A model generated the notes under the pieces. That model was not told the origin of the DNA. It searched no databases and was given only the letters and a program-made list of their open reading frames with translations. Made by a program: the position numbers and the translations under genes. A stretch of 63,761 nt of DNA, counting the filler, from an uncultured Methanosarcinales archaeon (GTDB lineage Archaea; Nanobdellota; Nanobdellia; Woesearchaeales; CAYXTQ01), in the NCBI GenBank assembly GCA_964608065.1. It is 14 parts of 14 records of this genome, joined end to end, with 100 filler letters (N's around TTAATTAATTAA, not from the genome) between each part and the next. Parts side by side here need not be neighbours in the genome. Positions count along the whole stretch, not along the records: positions 1 to 6,095 come from CAZSMA010000087.1; positions 6,196 to 11,424 come from CAZSMA010000090.1; 12 more parts are not named here. The stretch is one strand, 5' to 3'. Shown in pieces: positions 1 to 9,791 of the stretch. The first letter of the stretch is position 1, and every line of letters starts with the position of its first letter.

Positions 1-99
1 AAACATCGGCCAAGAACTATCAGCTAATTGAGCATAAACTATTCCAGAACATAGTATAAATACAAATATTAAAAAATAAACTATTCTCTTAATTTTCAT
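1..99 (-). CDS. N-terminus of a secreted protein, probably a PQQ-like beta-propeller (runs off the window)
   Basis: Hand translation MKIKRIVYFLIFVFILCSGIVYAQLADSSWPMF: signal peptide followed by WPMF, typical of PQQ/BamB-like repeat proteins; GGGG RBS upstream. Confidence 0.55.
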   Translation of the reverse strand, partial: MKIKRIVYFLIFVFILCSGIVYAQLADSSWPMF

Positions 100-134
100 A
101 CCCCAACTAACTGTCCAAATAACTATAGAATATA

Positions 135-177
135 TAATATTTTCTATTCTCCAATAGTAATTTAGAGAATTATTTCT
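135..177 (-). promoter_or_regulatory. Promoter module: CTATT-N4-AATAG palindrome abutting BRE/TATA
   Basis: Closely similar to 36669..36711 on another contig; both lie upstream of minus-strand secreted-protein genes. Confidence 0.6.
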
Positions 178-183
178 ATTTAT

Positions 184-543
184 TTAAACACTTCTAGCAG
201 AAACAGGAACTGCAATTTGTCCAGAATAATCTTCTTCTTCTATTTTTAAGTCTTTCTTGACAACAGACTCAACTACAGCCCAATAAAAATCTATGAATTT
301 CTCTACAACAGGATTTTTAATATTCAACTTATACATTTTTGCTTTTCCAACAGTTCTTGTTTGTATTACTATCTTCTTCTTTTTAAATTCTTTCCAAATT
401 GATTTTAGTGTAGTGTATCCTGCTTTGGAGTATTTAGCAATTTCTTTCATTGAGTAATCATATTCTGAATGAACTATTAGAAAACTCCATATTCTGTTTT
501 TTGGAGTGTCTCCTTGTTCTTTTAAAAATACTGATTTTACCAT
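184..543 (-). CDS. Winged helix-turn-helix protein
   Basis: YSMKEIAKYSKAGYTTL HTH and TRTVGKAKMYKLN wing. Confidence 0.75.
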   Translation of the reverse strand: MVKSVFLKEQGDTPKNRIWSFLIVHSEYDYSMKEIAKYSKAGYTTLKSIWKEFKKKKIVIQTRTVGKAKMYKLNIKNPVVEKFIDFYWAVVESVVKKDLKIEEEDYSGQIAVPVSARSV

Positions 544-650
544 TCTAATCCTGGATAAATATAACTTATATTTAAAGGTTTCTATTTAGGCTCTCAAGGG
601 ACTAAATTTAGGCTATAAATTTATATATCCATAAAACAATTATTTATTAT

Positions 651-956
651 ATGGCAAAAGTAAAGAAGAGTGAATATATAAGGATAAGTAGAACTATTTT
701 AAAGAAGCTTTTTGATTCAAATTGCTTTGGAAAAGGCTCTGTTTATATAAATGTAATAAAATCTGCAATATCAAGAGAAGATTTAGATAAAGTTGAAATT
801 GTATTAGAAGCTTTAATAAGACAAGGTATTTGTTTAAAAAAGAAGAAAAAACACGGATGGAAATATTATTTGAATATGGAAAGAATAGATAAAATAAGTG
901 AAATCATAAAAGAAAAAGGGAGGAAATCTATTATTCCAATTTTATTAATGTTTTAA
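651..956 (+). CDS. Hypothetical basic protein, winged-helix-like
   Basis: 101-aa ORF with TATA upstream; LEALIRQG...KYYLN resembles a wHTH. Confidence 0.55.
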   Translation: MAKVKKSEYIRISRTILKKLFDSNCFGKGSVYINVIKSAISREDLDKVEIVLEALIRQGICLKKKKKHGWKYYLNMERIDKISEIIKEKGRKSIIPILLMF

Positions 957-959
957 TTT

Positions 960-3248
960 CTACTCCACACTAACACCTAACTTCTTTTCAGTTGCTGCAA
1001 CAACTTTTTTTATTTTTGCAACAGCATCAGGATTTGCACTTATACTACCTATATGGTGTTTAACCAAAAACTCAGCCATCTCAGGCCTTGAACCAGCCTG
1101 ACCGCAAATACTAGTTTTAACACCATACTTATGGCATGTGTCCATAACCATAGCCATTTCTCCTAAAACAGCAGGATGCATCTCATCAAACAATTTCTGA
1201 ATCCTTTCATTGTTTCTGTCCAATCCCAAAGTTAATTGTGTCAAATCATTTGTTCCAAAACTTGCAAAATCAATTCCTTCTTTACAAATCTCTTCAATTA
1301 CCCAGCACGAACCAGGAGTCTCAACCATTATACCAAACTCAACATCCTTACAAGGCTCTAATCCAACTTCTCTGCAAATCTCCTTAGCTTGCTTAACTTC
1401 CTCAGCTCTGATAACAAAAGGAATCATTATTCCACAGTTTGTATAACCCATATCATGTAATTTCTTTATAGCTAAAAACTCAGCCTTCAAAATCCTAGGC
1501 TCATCTATACCTCTCCTTACACCATGCCATCCAATCATTGGATCCGATTCAGTTGGCTCTTTGTCTCCACCAATTAAATTCCTGTATTCATCACTTCTTA
1601 AATCAGATGTTCTGACCCAAACTGTTTTTCCCTTAAATGCTTCTGCAATCTTGCTAATACCTTCAACCAATGCATCAGCATACTCTTCATCTTTATTCTC
1701 TCTCATATATTCTGCTGGATGTGTTCCATGATTTGCAATAATAAACTCTATTCTTAACAAACCAACACCTTCTGCTCCTGTCTTAGCAGCCTGCTCAGCA
1801 TAATCAGGCATTCCCTGGATTGTCAAAATCTTTGTTTTTGTTTTAATATCATCAATCTTCTCATAATTTATTCCACTTTTAGATTCTGCTACTTTTCCTT
1901 CATACACTTTACCTTTAGTTGCATAAACAGTAATTTCATCGCCTTCTTTCAAAACTTTAGTAGCATTCCTTGTTCCAACAACACAAGGGATTCCCATTTC
2001 CCTGGAAACGATTGCAGCATGGCAAGTCATCCCACCTTCATCTGTGACAATAGCAGCAGCTTTTTTCATAGCCTGCACCATATCAGGATTTGTCATACCA
2101 GTAACTAAAACATCGCCTTCTTTCACTTTATCTAATTCACTAATATCATTAACAATCACTACTTTACCAACACCAATACCAGGACTAGCAGTCATTCCCT
2201 CTAATATAGGTTCAGCATCAATCTCAACATCTTCTTCTTTTTCTCTCTTTAATGTTGTAACAGCCCTTGATTGAACAATATAGATCTTGCCTTTCTCTAT
2301 TGCCCATTCAATATCTTGGGGCATTCCATAATGTTTTTCTATTTTTTTTCCTAACTTACTCAAAGCAACTATCTCTGTCTCATCTAAAATCTGTGCTTTC
2401 TTCTTATCATCCGAAATATCTCTCTTTTCATTCTCCCCATTAGCATCCCTGAATAAACCCCATTCCTGCTCTTTTAATTCTATAGTTTTTATCTCAAGAC
2501 TTTCTTTATCTAATAAATAATAATCAGGATTAACAGACCCACTAACTATAGTCTCACCTAAACCATAAACAGCTTCTATTGTAATCTCACTTGTATCATT
2601 TGTCGCAGGATTCACAGAAAACATAACCCCGGCTATCTCTGAATCAACCATTTTCTGGACAACTACTGCAATCAAAACTTTTTCATGCTCAAAATTATTC
2701 TTCTCTCTGTAAAATATAGCTCTTGCAGTAAACAATGAAGCCCAGCAACCCCTTACAGCATTAACTAAAGCTTCTCCCCCTCTAATATTAAGAAAAGTAG
2801 CCTGCTGCCCTGCAAAGCTTGCCTCAGGCAAGTCCTCTGCAGTAGCTGAACTCCTAACAGCTACAAAAGGCTCATCTTCATCTAATAAATCCTGTACAGT
2901 AATATCTTTATCACTTTCAATACCAATCTCAGCATAAGTATCCATAATAACTTTCTTTATTTCATCAGGAATCTCTGTTGCAATAATCAAATCCTGAATT
3001 TCTTTTGCTTTATTCTGTAAATCTTCTGTACTGTCTACATCAATATTATTAACTATTTCCATTATCTTATCTTTAATCTTAGTCTCTTCAATAAACTGTT
3101 TATATGTAGAAGCAGTAACACAAAATCCCCCAGGTACTGGAAGACCAATATTAAACATCTCTCCTAAATTACTTCCTTTTCCACCAACTATATCTGTATC
3201 TTCTTTATGAATATCCTTAAACCATTTAATCATTTCCATAAATACCAC
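960..3248 (-). CDS. ppsA: Phosphoenolpyruvate synthase
   Basis: GGKGSNLGEM, VAVRSSATAEDLPEASFAGQQ, GGMTCHAAIVSRE phospho-His motif, SFGTNDLTQ, ICGQA. Confidence 0.96.
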   Translation of the reverse strand: MVFMEMIKWFKDIHKEDTDIVGGKGSNLGEMFNIGLPVPGGFCVTASTYKQFIEETKIKDKIMEIVNNIDVDSTEDLQNKAKEIQDLIIATEIPDEIKKVIMDTYAEIGIESDKDITVQDLLDEDEPFVAVRSSATAEDLPEASFAGQQATFLNIRGGEALVNAVRGCWASLFTARAIFYREKNNFEHEKVLIAVVVQKMVDSEIAGVMFSVNPATNDTSEITIEAVYGLGETIVSGSVNPDYYLLDKESLEIKTIELKEQEWGLFRDANGENEKRDISDDKKKAQILDETEIVALSKLGKKIEKHYGMPQDIEWAIEKGKIYIVQSRAVTTLKREKEEDVEIDAEPILEGMTASPGIGVGKVVIVNDISELDKVKEGDVLVTGMTNPDMVQAMKKAAAIVTDEGGMTCHAAIVSREMGIPCVVGTRNATKVLKEGDEITVYATKGKVYEGKVAESKSGINYEKIDDIKTKTKILTIQGMPDYAEQAAKTGAEGVGLLRIEFIIANHGTHPAEYMRENKDEEYADALVEGISKIAEAFKGKTVWVRTSDLRSDEYRNLIGGDKEPTESDPMIGWHGVRRGIDEPRILKAEFLAIKKLHDMGYTNCGIMIPFVIRAEEVKQAKEICREVGLEPCKDVEFGIMVETPGSCWVIEEICKEGIDFASFGTNDLTQLTLGLDRNNERIQKLFDEMHPAVLGEMAMVMDTCHKYGVKTSICGQAGSRPEMAEFLVKHHIGSISANPDAVAKIKKVVAATEKKLGVSVE

Positions 3249-3355
3249 CCTTTTATTATATTAAGGGGTTTTTAGAAGATATATTATTTAAGGTTTGTGG
3301 TAGGGAATTATATATAAGGGAAACTTTTTTATAAATCATAAACTTAACTAGGGTT

Positions 3356-3979
3356 ATGAAACAAAAACTTATAGATTATTGGCTATCAAATAAGATAATT
3401 ACAGATAAAAAACTGCTCAAAGCATTTGAATCTTTAAAAAGAGAAAATTTTATTGATAAATCTTATTTAAATGAAGCTTATGGAGATTATCCTTTGCATA
3501 TTGGCTATCAACAAACTATTTCTCAACCAACTACAGTCATGATTATGATTCAGGCTTTAGAACTAAAACCAACTGACAAAGTTTTAGAAATAGGAGCGGG
3601 CTCTGGTTACTGTGCAGCTATAATGGCAAAACTAGCAAAAAAAGTTATCACAACTGAAATCATTCCAGAACTTGCAGAGTTTGCAAAAAAAAATATAGAA
3701 AAAGCTAAAATAAAAAATGTAGAAGTTATAGAATACGATGGAAGCCAGGGTTATAAAAAAGAATCATCTTATACCAAAATAATGATAACAGCAGCTTGTC
3801 CTGAAATACCTCGACCATTAATAGAACAATTAAAAAATAATGGAATTATCATAGCTCCTATAGGTGGCTTTTTTGAACAAACTATGGTTAAAGGAATAAA
3901 AATCAAAAACAAATTAGAAACAAGTTCTTTAGGATATTTTAGATTTGTTCCATTAAAAGGAAAATACGGTTTTGGATAA
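3356..3979 (+). CDS. pcm: Protein-L-isoaspartate O-methyltransferase
   Basis: QTISQP, VLEIGAGSGY, FRFVPL motifs. Confidence 0.95.
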   Translation: MKQKLIDYWLSNKIITDKKLLKAFESLKRENFIDKSYLNEAYGDYPLHIGYQQTISQPTTVMIMIQALELKPTDKVLEIGAGSGYCAAIMAKLAKKVITTEIIPELAEFAKKNIEKAKIKNVEVIEYDGSQGYKKESSYTKIMITAACPEIPRPLIEQLKNNGIIIAPIGGFFEQTMVKGIKIKNKLETSSLGYFRFVPLKGKYGFG

Positions 3980-4114
3980 CTATACTTGCAGCAAAAGAAC
4001 AATAGCTAAAACAAATGCAATACTAATTAATGTTTTCCTTACAGAAATATACTCTTTTTTATTATTATCAGGGCCTTTCAACTGCTCTATATCCCTTCTG
4101 TCATATTGTCTCAT
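3980..4114 (-). CDS. 44-aa protein with a C-terminal TM helix (not in ORF track)
   Basis: Hand translation MRQYDRRDIEQLKGPDNNKKEYISVRKTLISIAFVLAIVLLLQV; fills the intergenic gap, TATA upstream. Confidence 0.5.
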   Translation of the reverse strand: MRQYDRRDIEQLKGPDNNKKEYISVRKTLISIAFVLAIVLLLQV

Positions 4115-4160
4115 GTTAAGCTAGCAGAAAACAGATAAGTTATATTTAAAGTTAATGTTA

Positions 4161-5135
4161 TTATAATAATTTCCTCTTAACCTTAACACCTTTCATAACA
4201 CCTAAAGCTTCATTATAACTCAACAGCTTCTCCTTAGCTCCATGGTGCTGTATAACAGATTCAGAATTAACAACTCCTAACTGCAAAGCAAACTTCACAT
4301 CATTTTTCTTAATAATCCCAGACAAAAACGAAGCAGCAAAAGCATCTCCTGCTCCAGTTGTCTCAACAATATTAATCTTTTTATGAGGCATAAAACTATA
4401 AACATAATTTCCATCATAACAATAACCTTCATTCCTGCCATCAGTTATAACAATAATCTTAACACCCATCTGACTTAAACTCTTGAACACATCTATAACA
4501 CCTTCCTTGCCGCTCATATAACCTGCTTCTTCTTTATTCAAAACTAAAATATCAGTCCTTTTCAAAATATTCTTTAAAAAAAGTTTTCCTTTTTTAGCTA
4601 AATAAGTTGAAGCATTAAAACAAATCTTTATACCATTCTCCTCAGCAAAATCAGCTATTTTCTCTAATGTCTTAAAACTCTCATCTAACATTGCAGAGAA
4701 ATAAAACCACTTTGTCTTAATCTTTTTCAAATCCACTTCACTAAACCTTAAATCATTATTAGAGCCTTTGAAAGCTAAGATTGTTCTGTCATGATTCTTG
4801 CTGTCTAAAATTATAGAATAACCTGTTCTTGATTTTTTAGAACTTACAATCAAAGAAGTATCAACCCCTTCTTTTCTTAATGTGTCTACAACTCTCTTAG
4901 AGTTCTCTGCAGATCCTATTTTTCCAATATAAGCAACTTTATGTCCTAATTTAGATAAAGCAACTGCTGTGTTAGTCCCACCACCACCAATTGTAAAATT
5001 CAGCTCTTTTATCAATATCTTTGAACCTAAAGGATAAGCAATAAAATCTTCTTTTTTCTTTTTGATTAATCTATTGAACTCAGTGCTAGCAAAAACATCC
5101 ACAGTAGCACTTCCAACAGTTATAACATCATACAT
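4161..5135 (-). CDS. PfkB/ribokinase-family carbohydrate kinase
   Basis: GGGGTNTAVALSKLG and ETTGAGDAF signatures. Confidence 0.92.
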   Translation of the reverse strand: MYDVITVGSATVDVFASTEFNRLIKKKKEDFIAYPLGSKILIKELNFTIGGGGTNTAVALSKLGHKVAYIGKIGSAENSKRVVDTLRKEGVDTSLIVSSKKSRTGYSIILDSKNHDRTILAFKGSNNDLRFSEVDLKKIKTKWFYFSAMLDESFKTLEKIADFAEENGIKICFNASTYLAKKGKLFLKNILKRTDILVLNKEEAGYMSGKEGVIDVFKSLSQMGVKIIVITDGRNEGYCYDGNYVYSFMPHKKINIVETTGAGDAFAASFLSGIIKKNDVKFALQLGVVNSESVIQHHGAKEKLLSYNEALGVMKGVKVKRKLL

Positions 5136-5193
5136 AAGAAATAAATTATCAACAAATCTTTATAAAGGTTTTTAATATCTTTAGAATGCTAAA

Positions 5194-5778
5194 TCATTCT
5201 CCACCATCTCCATCCCCACCTTCAGCTTCTCCTTCTTCTGGCGTTGCTTCTGCTTCCTCACCTTCTACCATTTCCTTTTTAGCTTCAGCATCTTCTTCAA
5301 TCTTTTCTCCTTTATCATATTTCTTTTCTTCTTTAGGAACTTTTCTATACGCCTTTATAACTTCTTCTGCATCACTATCTTCCTCTGCAGTAATATTAAT
5401 TATAACATTTTCTAAACCTTCACCTTCTTTAATATCTTCCAGAATCTTGTCTGTAATAAGAACCACATTAGTATAATCCTTGGCTATATCCTTGCATAAA
5501 TTCTTAGCAGCTTGCTCTGACTCTATTAAATCAGAGCTTTTAATAGACTTGCTAGTTATATGCTTATTCTTTAGATTATAAATAAATAAATGAGTTGCAT
5601 AACTTTCATCATCATCTCCTTTTTTACCAATATGCGCTAACCTATATCTGCCATCTGTGTCAACATTAACAGGAACAATAACAAACTTAGCCTCATTATA
5701 AGAAAAACTTCCTTGGTTTGATACAGTTAAATCTAATGATTTATACTTCTTCTTTAATGGATCTGTTTCTTCCATCAA
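5194..5778 (-). CDS. Divergent NifB/NifX-like (COG1433-type) protein with acidic tail
   Basis: VIVPV...HIG...ATHLFIYNL...VVLITD...EEVIKAY pattern; overlaps the DUF134 gene, its usual partner. Confidence 0.45.
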   Translation of the reverse strand: MMEETDPLKKKYKSLDLTVSNQGSFSYNEAKFVIVPVNVDTDGRYRLAHIGKKGDDDESYATHLFIYNLKNKHITSKSIKSSDLIESEQAAKNLCKDIAKDYTNVVLITDKILEDIKEGEGLENVIINITAEEDSDAEEVIKAYRKVPKEEKKYDKGEKIEEDAEAKKEMVEGEEAEATPEEGEAEGGDGDGGE

Positions 5779-6095
5779 AATCTATGCCCTCTTCTAAACC
5801 CTTTCTCAAAACTATAATTACCGCCTTCAATCTTAATAGCTTTTCCATTTACAATTGCATCTGCTATTTTCTTTCTTGCAACTACCACCAATCTATGGAA
5901 AGTTGGCTGTGATATATCCATCTTTTCAGCAGCCTTGCCTTGCTCCATTCCTTCTAAATCTTTCAACCTTACTGCCTCAAACTCATCCACAGTTAATATA
6001 ACTTCATCTAGCTGCCTCAAACCAACACCAGCTGGTTTGAAATAGTTTACATTAGGTTTGCAAAAAACCCTTCTACATCTTCTAGGTCTTGGCAT
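5775..6095 (-). CDS. DUF134 (UPF0251) DNA-binding protein
   Basis: MPRPRRCRRV, EFEAVRLKD, MDISQPTFHR, ARKKIADA. Confidence 0.92.
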   Translation of the reverse strand: MPRPRRCRRVFCKPNVNYFKPAGVGLRQLDEVILTVDEFEAVRLKDLEGMEQGKAAEKMDISQPTFHRLVVVARKKIADAIVNGKAIKIEGGNYSFEKGFRRGHRF

Positions 6096-6195
6096 NNNNN
6101 NNNNNNNNNNNNNNNNNNNNNNNNNNNNNNNNNNNNNNNTTAATTAATTAANNNNNNNNNNNNNNNNNNNNNNNNNNNNNNNNNNNNNNNNNNNN
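6096..6195. other. Artificial contig linker; further copies at 11425, 16752, 21887, 26888, 31653, 36410, 40860, 45215, 49543, 53827, 58003, 62078
   Basis: Identical 44N-TTAATTAATTAA-44N block (stops in all frames) occurs 13 times. Confidence 0.99.
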
Positions 6196-6430
6196 CAAAT
6201 AATTATGCAACGTATCAGCCTTATTACCCACAGTCTCAACAAAAGTATTAGCACTACCAGCTTTCAACAACGGCAAAACACAACTCTCTGGAATACAAAC
6301 CTTTTTTAAAAACCCCAACACATACTTACTGACTTGTTTTAACGAGTGAGTCATAGCAAGAAAGGAGCACTGCTCCTACTTGCTATTTTCTATTAACTCA
6401 AGAGTAAAGAAAAACTACTCGGAGATACTG
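6196..6430 (-). mobile_element. Left end of a probable ISH3-family IS with transposase N-terminus (6196..6354)
   Basis: Minus strand starts CAGTATCTCCGAGTAG (ISH3-type CAGTA end); ORF MTHSLKQ...ADTLHNYL runs into the contig break; hairpin over the start codon. Confidence 0.55.
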
Positions 6431-6632
6431 TCGTTACTATAAAGTAACAACTCTTTGGGCAAACAATCATTAAACTAATATAAATAGAACTGGTATAAAA
6501 AGGCTAGTTCGGAAAATAGAAAGAATTTTCGAATTCAAACCGCTTAAATTAAGATATGGCAAAGCTTTTATAAATCTTTTAATTTCCATAGTGTACTAAG
6601 GTGAGAAATAATAATTTTAGGAGGTTAAGTAA

Positions 6633-7535
6633 ATGATGAAAAAAATAAGCGCGTCTGCTATGTTAAAGTTATATGATGAAAACGCAAATATGATATCAAT
6701 GTTTGGTCCTAAAACAAAAGATTTTTCTAAAGTAATCACAGCCTTAGAATTGTTTCTGGAACAATTGAAAATAACACAGAATGTTTCTCAAGAAGTTAAA
6801 GAAAAGTTGAATAAATTAAGTGATAAAGATTTCCTAAAAGAAGCTAAAAAAAGATTAATGCCAAAAATAACACCAATTCAAAAAAAATTGGAAAAGTTTC
6901 AAGATCAAGATTTTAGTTTTTTATTGTTCGCATTACCAATTAAGAAAGGAAGAAAGTTCTTTGAAATAATACAAAAACTAGAGGAAATAGAAAAAATTCC
7001 ATTAAGTGATAGCTCCAAGAAAGGAAAAATTCAATTTCTGATAAAGGAACTTGAATCCTATATCTCAGAGGTAAGACAAATAAACAAACCATTCATTCCT
7101 GCAAAGATCGATAAAAACCAAACAACCATTTTTAAGGTTATGTTTAAGTACAGAAAAGGAACATGGAGGAAGATAGAGCTTAAATCTATGCAAACTCTTG
7201 TAGACTTACATGAAGCAATACAAGAATATTTTGAGTGGGATAATGACCATCTGTATTCATTCTACATGGATAACCAGTTTAATCGTAGAAAAAGAGATGA
7301 TGACATGGAATTTACCTGCCCTTTTGAGCCAGAAGGAAGAAAAACAGCAGACGTTGAATTAGGCATATTTGGATTTAAGAAAAAACAAAAATTTGCATAC
7401 CTTTTTGATTTTGGTGATTGTCATAGATTCGAAATTGAAGTAATAGATTTCGGCAAGTTACAAAAGGACAAAAAGTACCCTTCACTTGTAGAATCAAAAG
7501 GAAAAACCCAAGAACAATATCCTATCTGGGATTAA
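6633..7535 (+). CDS. pRiA4b ORF-3-like domain protein with helical N-terminal extension
   Basis: WRKIEL...TLVDLHEAIQEYFEWDNDHLYSF and YLFDFGDCHRFEIEV. Confidence 0.85.
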   Translation: MMKKISASAMLKLYDENANMISMFGPKTKDFSKVITALELFLEQLKITQNVSQEVKEKLNKLSDKDFLKEAKKRLMPKITPIQKKLEKFQDQDFSFLLFALPIKKGRKFFEIIQKLEEIEKIPLSDSSKKGKIQFLIKELESYISEVRQINKPFIPAKIDKNQTTIFKVMFKYRKGTWRKIELKSMQTLVDLHEAIQEYFEWDNDHLYSFYMDNQFNRRKRDDDMEFTCPFEPEGRKTADVELGIFGFKKKQKFAYLFDFGDCHRFEIEVIDFGKLQKDKKYPSLVESKGKTQEQYPIWD

Positions 7536-7550
7536 AGATAGATTTATGAG

Positions 7551-8483
7551 GTGAAAAAAAGAATGAAAAAAGAATTTTCTGAAGAAACAGAATTCATAAA
7601 CTTAGTTAAGTTGTTAAAAGAAGATAACCTTAAGGTAAAGAGAATTAAATCCTTATTTAAGAAAGAAGAAAAATATAATGGTTTTCTCGGAGCTATAGAA
7701 TATACAATTGCAGAACATTTCATTACAAATTGGAAGATAAAAGATAAGGATATTGTGAAAACTATTAAAAATATTAAGAGGAACTATACTAAAGACTTAG
7801 ATTTCTTCCAAAACGAATTTGAAAAGGATATTATGAAAAAATTAAGTTATGTTTTACAAGAGCAAAGAATCACTCACCATGAATTGATACTCGTCCTGAA
7901 TTATATACTATGGTGTATTGATAATAGAACATGGATGCAGGATAAACAAGCATATGTTAAATGGATCACGTATTTTTTTAAATTATTTGATGATAAAGAA
8001 ATGAAAAAATATGAAGAATCTGTTAAAAAATTTGCAAAAAAGATAGGCATACCTAAAAAGCATGTAGAGTCTATGCTCTTAAAAAACTCAGATAACATCC
8101 TTGAACATAAAGAGCAGGAGAACAGTAGGATTGAAAGTGAATTCTTTTCATTAGAAGATAGTGATAAATTTGATTTCGTTATCAAGCACGCTCTGGAAAA
8201 CCCTTATCTTATTGGAATTTATTCAGAAGAACTTGATGAAAAAAAAGATTATAAAAATGCCAAAAAATTTTACAAAAAACTTCTAGAAATCATTCCAGAA
8301 TTTCCACCCATAGAAATTTCTTTAGGTATATTATACAAAAAAACTGGAGATACTAATCTGGCAAAACACTATCTTGAAAACGCTCTTAACACAATAGAAC
8401 AAATACCACAAAAAATAATCCCAAAAGAACAAAAACAACAACTTGTAAAAGAAGCTAAAAGAGAACTCAAAAGCATAAAATGA
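7551..8483 (+). CDS. Hypothetical protein with C-terminal TPR-like repeats
   Basis: YKNAKKFYKKLLEIIP...LGILYKKTGDTNLAKHYLENAL. Confidence 0.7.
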   Translation: MKKRMKKEFSEETEFINLVKLLKEDNLKVKRIKSLFKKEEKYNGFLGAIEYTIAEHFITNWKIKDKDIVKTIKNIKRNYTKDLDFFQNEFEKDIMKKLSYVLQEQRITHHELILVLNYILWCIDNRTWMQDKQAYVKWITYFFKLFDDKEMKKYEESVKKFAKKIGIPKKHVESMLLKNSDNILEHKEQENSRIESEFFSLEDSDKFDFVIKHALENPYLIGIYSEELDEKKDYKNAKKFYKKLLEIIPEFPPIEISLGILYKKTGDTNLAKHYLENALNTIEQIPQKIIPKEQKQQLVKEAKRELKSIK

Positions 8484-8501
8484 CCGAAGAAAAATTATTC
8501 T

Positions 8502-9296
8502 ATGATGAAAAGAAGGCAGTTTGACATAGCTATAGATATCCATGACATACCTTATTATGGAAAAGGAAACTGTGAAGGATATATTCTTTCTAAGAAGCCG
8601 GATAGAGGAACTACGAGATTCTTATCATTCATTAGTTGTTCTATAGTTGTAGCAGGGAGAAGGTTCACAATAGATGCTATCCCTATGCATCATTTTGATG
8701 AACTAAGTGATCTAGTTGATAAGCTTATCAGAAGGGCTAAGCAAAAAATATGTATAGACAAAGTTTACTTAGATAGAGGGTTTGACAAAGTTAAGGTAAT
8801 AAACGTTCTTAAAAATAATAATGTTAAGTTTGTAATGCCCAAGGTCAGAACTCTTACAGTTAAAGCATGGATGGACAAAAGCGAAGCATGCAAAAGCAGA
8901 GTGATAAAAGACTTTGAGATAGGAACTAAAGATAAAGCAGTAATAGATCTTATCTTAGTAGATGATGAAGAGGGAATAAAACGGGCATTTGCCATAAACT
9001 TCCATATACCTGAGCAACTCACACACTACTTGTACAGATGGTATGGTAAGCGTTGGGGTATAGAAACAAAATACAGGCAATTAGAGCATGATTTTAAGGC
9101 TAAAACTACTTCCAACAATTTCCTAATAAGATTATTCTACTTTTTATTCTCAACATGCTTATTCAATATCTGGATATTAGTAAATTTGATCCTCAGTATA
9201 ATTTTAACAGGAAGGGTTTCAGAAAAACCTATGATAACAGCCAAGTTATTTGCGTTAATTCTTTACAAAATTAGTTATGAAGACCCTCCGCCTTAA
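8502..9296 (+). mobile_element. ISH3-family (IS4-like DDE) transposase, probably 5'-truncated
   Basis: IAIDIHDIPYYG (D1), YLDRGF (D2), YGKRWGIETKYR (E); the ORF starts just before D1, so the N-terminal domain is missing. Confidence 0.85.
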
Positions 9297-9335
9297 AACA
9301 TAGTTATTTATAAAACTTAAATTCTTGATATTGGT

Positions 9336-9530
9336 ATGGGAAAATCAAAAGCCAATGCAATCTGGACCTTATTTGTATTAGCAGTTATTTCTATAGCCTT
9401 GTGGGGATCAATAGCATTAGAATTTCTAAAAGGGTTATTATACATCATAATCGCAGTTATTTTTTTAGTTGTTATAATATTCTTGGTTGTAAAGTATTAT
9501 GAGCAGGGAGATATCGGCTGGGGAGCATAG
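9336..9530 (+). CDS. Small two-TM membrane protein
   Basis: 64 aa, two hydrophobic stretches, TTTATAAA upstream. Confidence 0.6.
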   Translation: MGKSKANAIWTLFVLAVISIALWGSIALEFLKGLLYIIIAVIFLVVIIFLVVKYYEQGDIGWGA

Positions 9531-9596
9531 TTACTTTTTCAACTACTGTAGGAAACAAAACCTTTTTAAATTAGTGTTGTCGTTTTAATTTTGATT

Positions 9597-9718
9597 CCCC
9601 ACTTAGCTCAATGGTAGAGCGTTCGGTTGTAGATGCTGTCCGATTTTGCCTTATGGCTAGAAATGAAAGATAGTCAGCCGTTCCCGAAAGGTTGCCGGTT
9701 CAAATCCGGCAGTGGGGA
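9597..9718 (+). tRNA. tRNA-Tyr(GTA) with about 50-nt intron (9633..9682)
   Basis: Acceptor CCCCACT/AGTGGGG+A (C1:G72), D arm GCTC/GAGC, anticodon stem TTCGG/CCGAA around TT-GTA-G, T arm GCCGG-TTCAAAT-CCGGC. Confidence 0.9.
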
Positions 9719-9791
9719 CTTATTTTTCTTTCAAAACTTTTAAATAAAATAACTCCTTAAATTACTAATAGAAGATTAGGAGGTTGAGAAA

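Noticed and set aside
1210..2274. Short antisense ORFs inside ppsA, and the many similar ones throughout
   Set aside because: Shadow frames of well-supported genes, with no motifs
5194..5778. Nitrogen fixation
   Set aside because: NifX-like folds are common in non-diazotrophic archaea; no nifHDK
6096..6195. TTAATTAATTAA repeated 13 times at 4-5 kb spacing
   Set aside because: Artificial linker inside N runs; ORFs containing X and any operon spanning linkers are artefacts
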